Of a stretch of DNA of 64,000 nt, positions 62,752-64,000 are shown piece after piece (the first letter of the stretch is position 1; every line of letters begins with the position of its first letter). The notes under the pieces were generated by a model. That model did no database searches, had not been told where the DNA came from, and saw only the letters and a list, made by a program, of their open reading frames with translations. Both the position numbers and the translations under genes were made by a program. This stretch comes from Chiloscyllium plagiosum (lineage: Eukaryota): positions 9,286,676 to 9,350,675 of the forward strand of contig NC_057718.1 of assembly GCF_004010195.1 (NCBI RefSeq), read 5' to 3'.

Positions 62752-63106
62752 TTTCTGCATGGGTTTCCCCGTATCTGTGTGGATTTCCTCCTGGTATTCT
62801 GGTTTCCTCCCACAATCCAAAGTTGTGCAGGTTAGGTGAATTGGACATGTTAAATTGCCCATAGTGTTAGTTGCATGAGTCAGGGGTAAATATAGGGTAG
62901 AGCTGAAAATGTGTTGCTGGAAAAGCGCAGCAGGTCAGGCAGCATCCAGGGAACAGGAGAATCGACGTTTCGGGCATAAGCCCGGGCATATAGGGTAGGG
63001 GAGTGGATCTGGGTGGGTTATTCTTTCAAGGATCGGTGTGGACTTGTTGGGCCAAAGGGCTTGATTTCATACTGTAGGGTATCTAATTTAATCCATCTAA
63101 TCTAAT
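62752..63106 (+). mobile_element. HE1-type SINE (5'-truncated) containing a PLE family A arm at 62901-62987
   Basis: Perfect 11-bp TSD atatagggtag (62890-62900 and 62988-62998). Confidence 0.87.
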
Positions 63107-63312
63107 TCTGAGAGAGAGAGAGGGGAGGGGGAGAGACAGAGAGAGAGAGAGAAGCAGCACTGCCTCCTAACCCTGTTGAGACCCTAGCGACAACTGCCGA
63201 AAGCTAACTAAAAATCCTGGATCTGTGCCAGCTTGACCACACCCATTCAGACTGCTTCTATTATTCCAACCTTGAAAAAAATTACCCAAGCATACACAAG
63301 GGTGGCATGCAA

Positions 63313-63610
63313 ACCAGGGACCTGGGTTTGATTCCAGCCTTGGTGTGACTGTTTGGAATTTGCATGTCCTCCCCATGTCTGTGTGGGTTTCCCCTGGGTT
63401 GTCCTGTTTCCTCCCATAGTCCAAAGGTGTGCAGGTTAGATGAATTGGCTGTGCGAATTTGCCCATTGTGTTCAGGGAGAAGTAGGCTAGGCTCATTAGT
63501 CAGGGGAAATGTAGAATAACAGGGGAATGGGACTGAATGGGATATTCTTCAGAGAGTTGGTATGGACTTGTTGGGCCAAATGGCCTGTTCCAACACAGCA
63601 GGGATTCTAT
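63313..63610 (+). mobile_element. HE1-type V-SINE, degraded
   Basis: ccagggacctgggtttgattcc, V-domain, and ggacttgttgggccaaatggcctgttcc tail. Confidence 0.8.
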
Positions 63611-64000
63611 GTTGAAAAATAATTGTTTGACTGCTCCACATCTGTCTCCCAATCTCTCTCTAAAAGAAACCAGGACAAAACAGAGCTCTTATAGCCATAA
63701 CATTGTCACATTTTTGAATCAACTTGCTACGACACACCGCTGGGGGAGGTGGGACTTGAAACTCGGTCTCCTAGCTGTGGTGGGGGGACACTGCCACTGC
63801 ACCATAGCCCTTACTCTGCAGTTTTGTCAATTGAGTTTAAATTCCACCAGCTGATGGAGTTTGGATCAATGTCCTCAGAACATCAGCCTCATCATTGTGC
63901 ATTGCCATCCCTGCAACATTACCACCACACCACTATTGGTCATGTGCGTGAACCACAGCTGAGCACAGGAAATACTTTAATTTACCATTTTACGCCATCA

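Overview
This is repeat-dense eukaryotic DNA from a gene desert or large intron, and I found no supportable host protein-coding exon. HE1-type V-SINEs, HER1-like CR1 LINEs, DeuSINE remnants and a 69-bp satellite suggest a shark or ray genome (inference). Every recognisable ORF is a retroelement fragment: CR1 RT/C-terminus, a second CR1/L2-group LINE, Rex1/Babar, or Penelope-like GIY-YIG. The main signal is about 15 short Penelope-like (PLE) insertions from at least three families. Many are asymmetric hairpins carrying minimal hammerhead ribozyme cores (CUGANGA...GAAA..UH), flanked by 11-17 bp target-site duplications (TSDs). They show fixed arm offsets, 5' ends at the predicted cleavage site in two copies, and one reused target site. 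The window also has three local inverted templated duplications, a twin-priming-type CR1 inversion, two TA-flanked MITEs, a ~196-bp tandem duplication and several enhancer-like unique islands. There are two assembly gaps (2305-3256, 14375-14408). Boundaries of degraded repeats are approximate and family names were assigned by eye.
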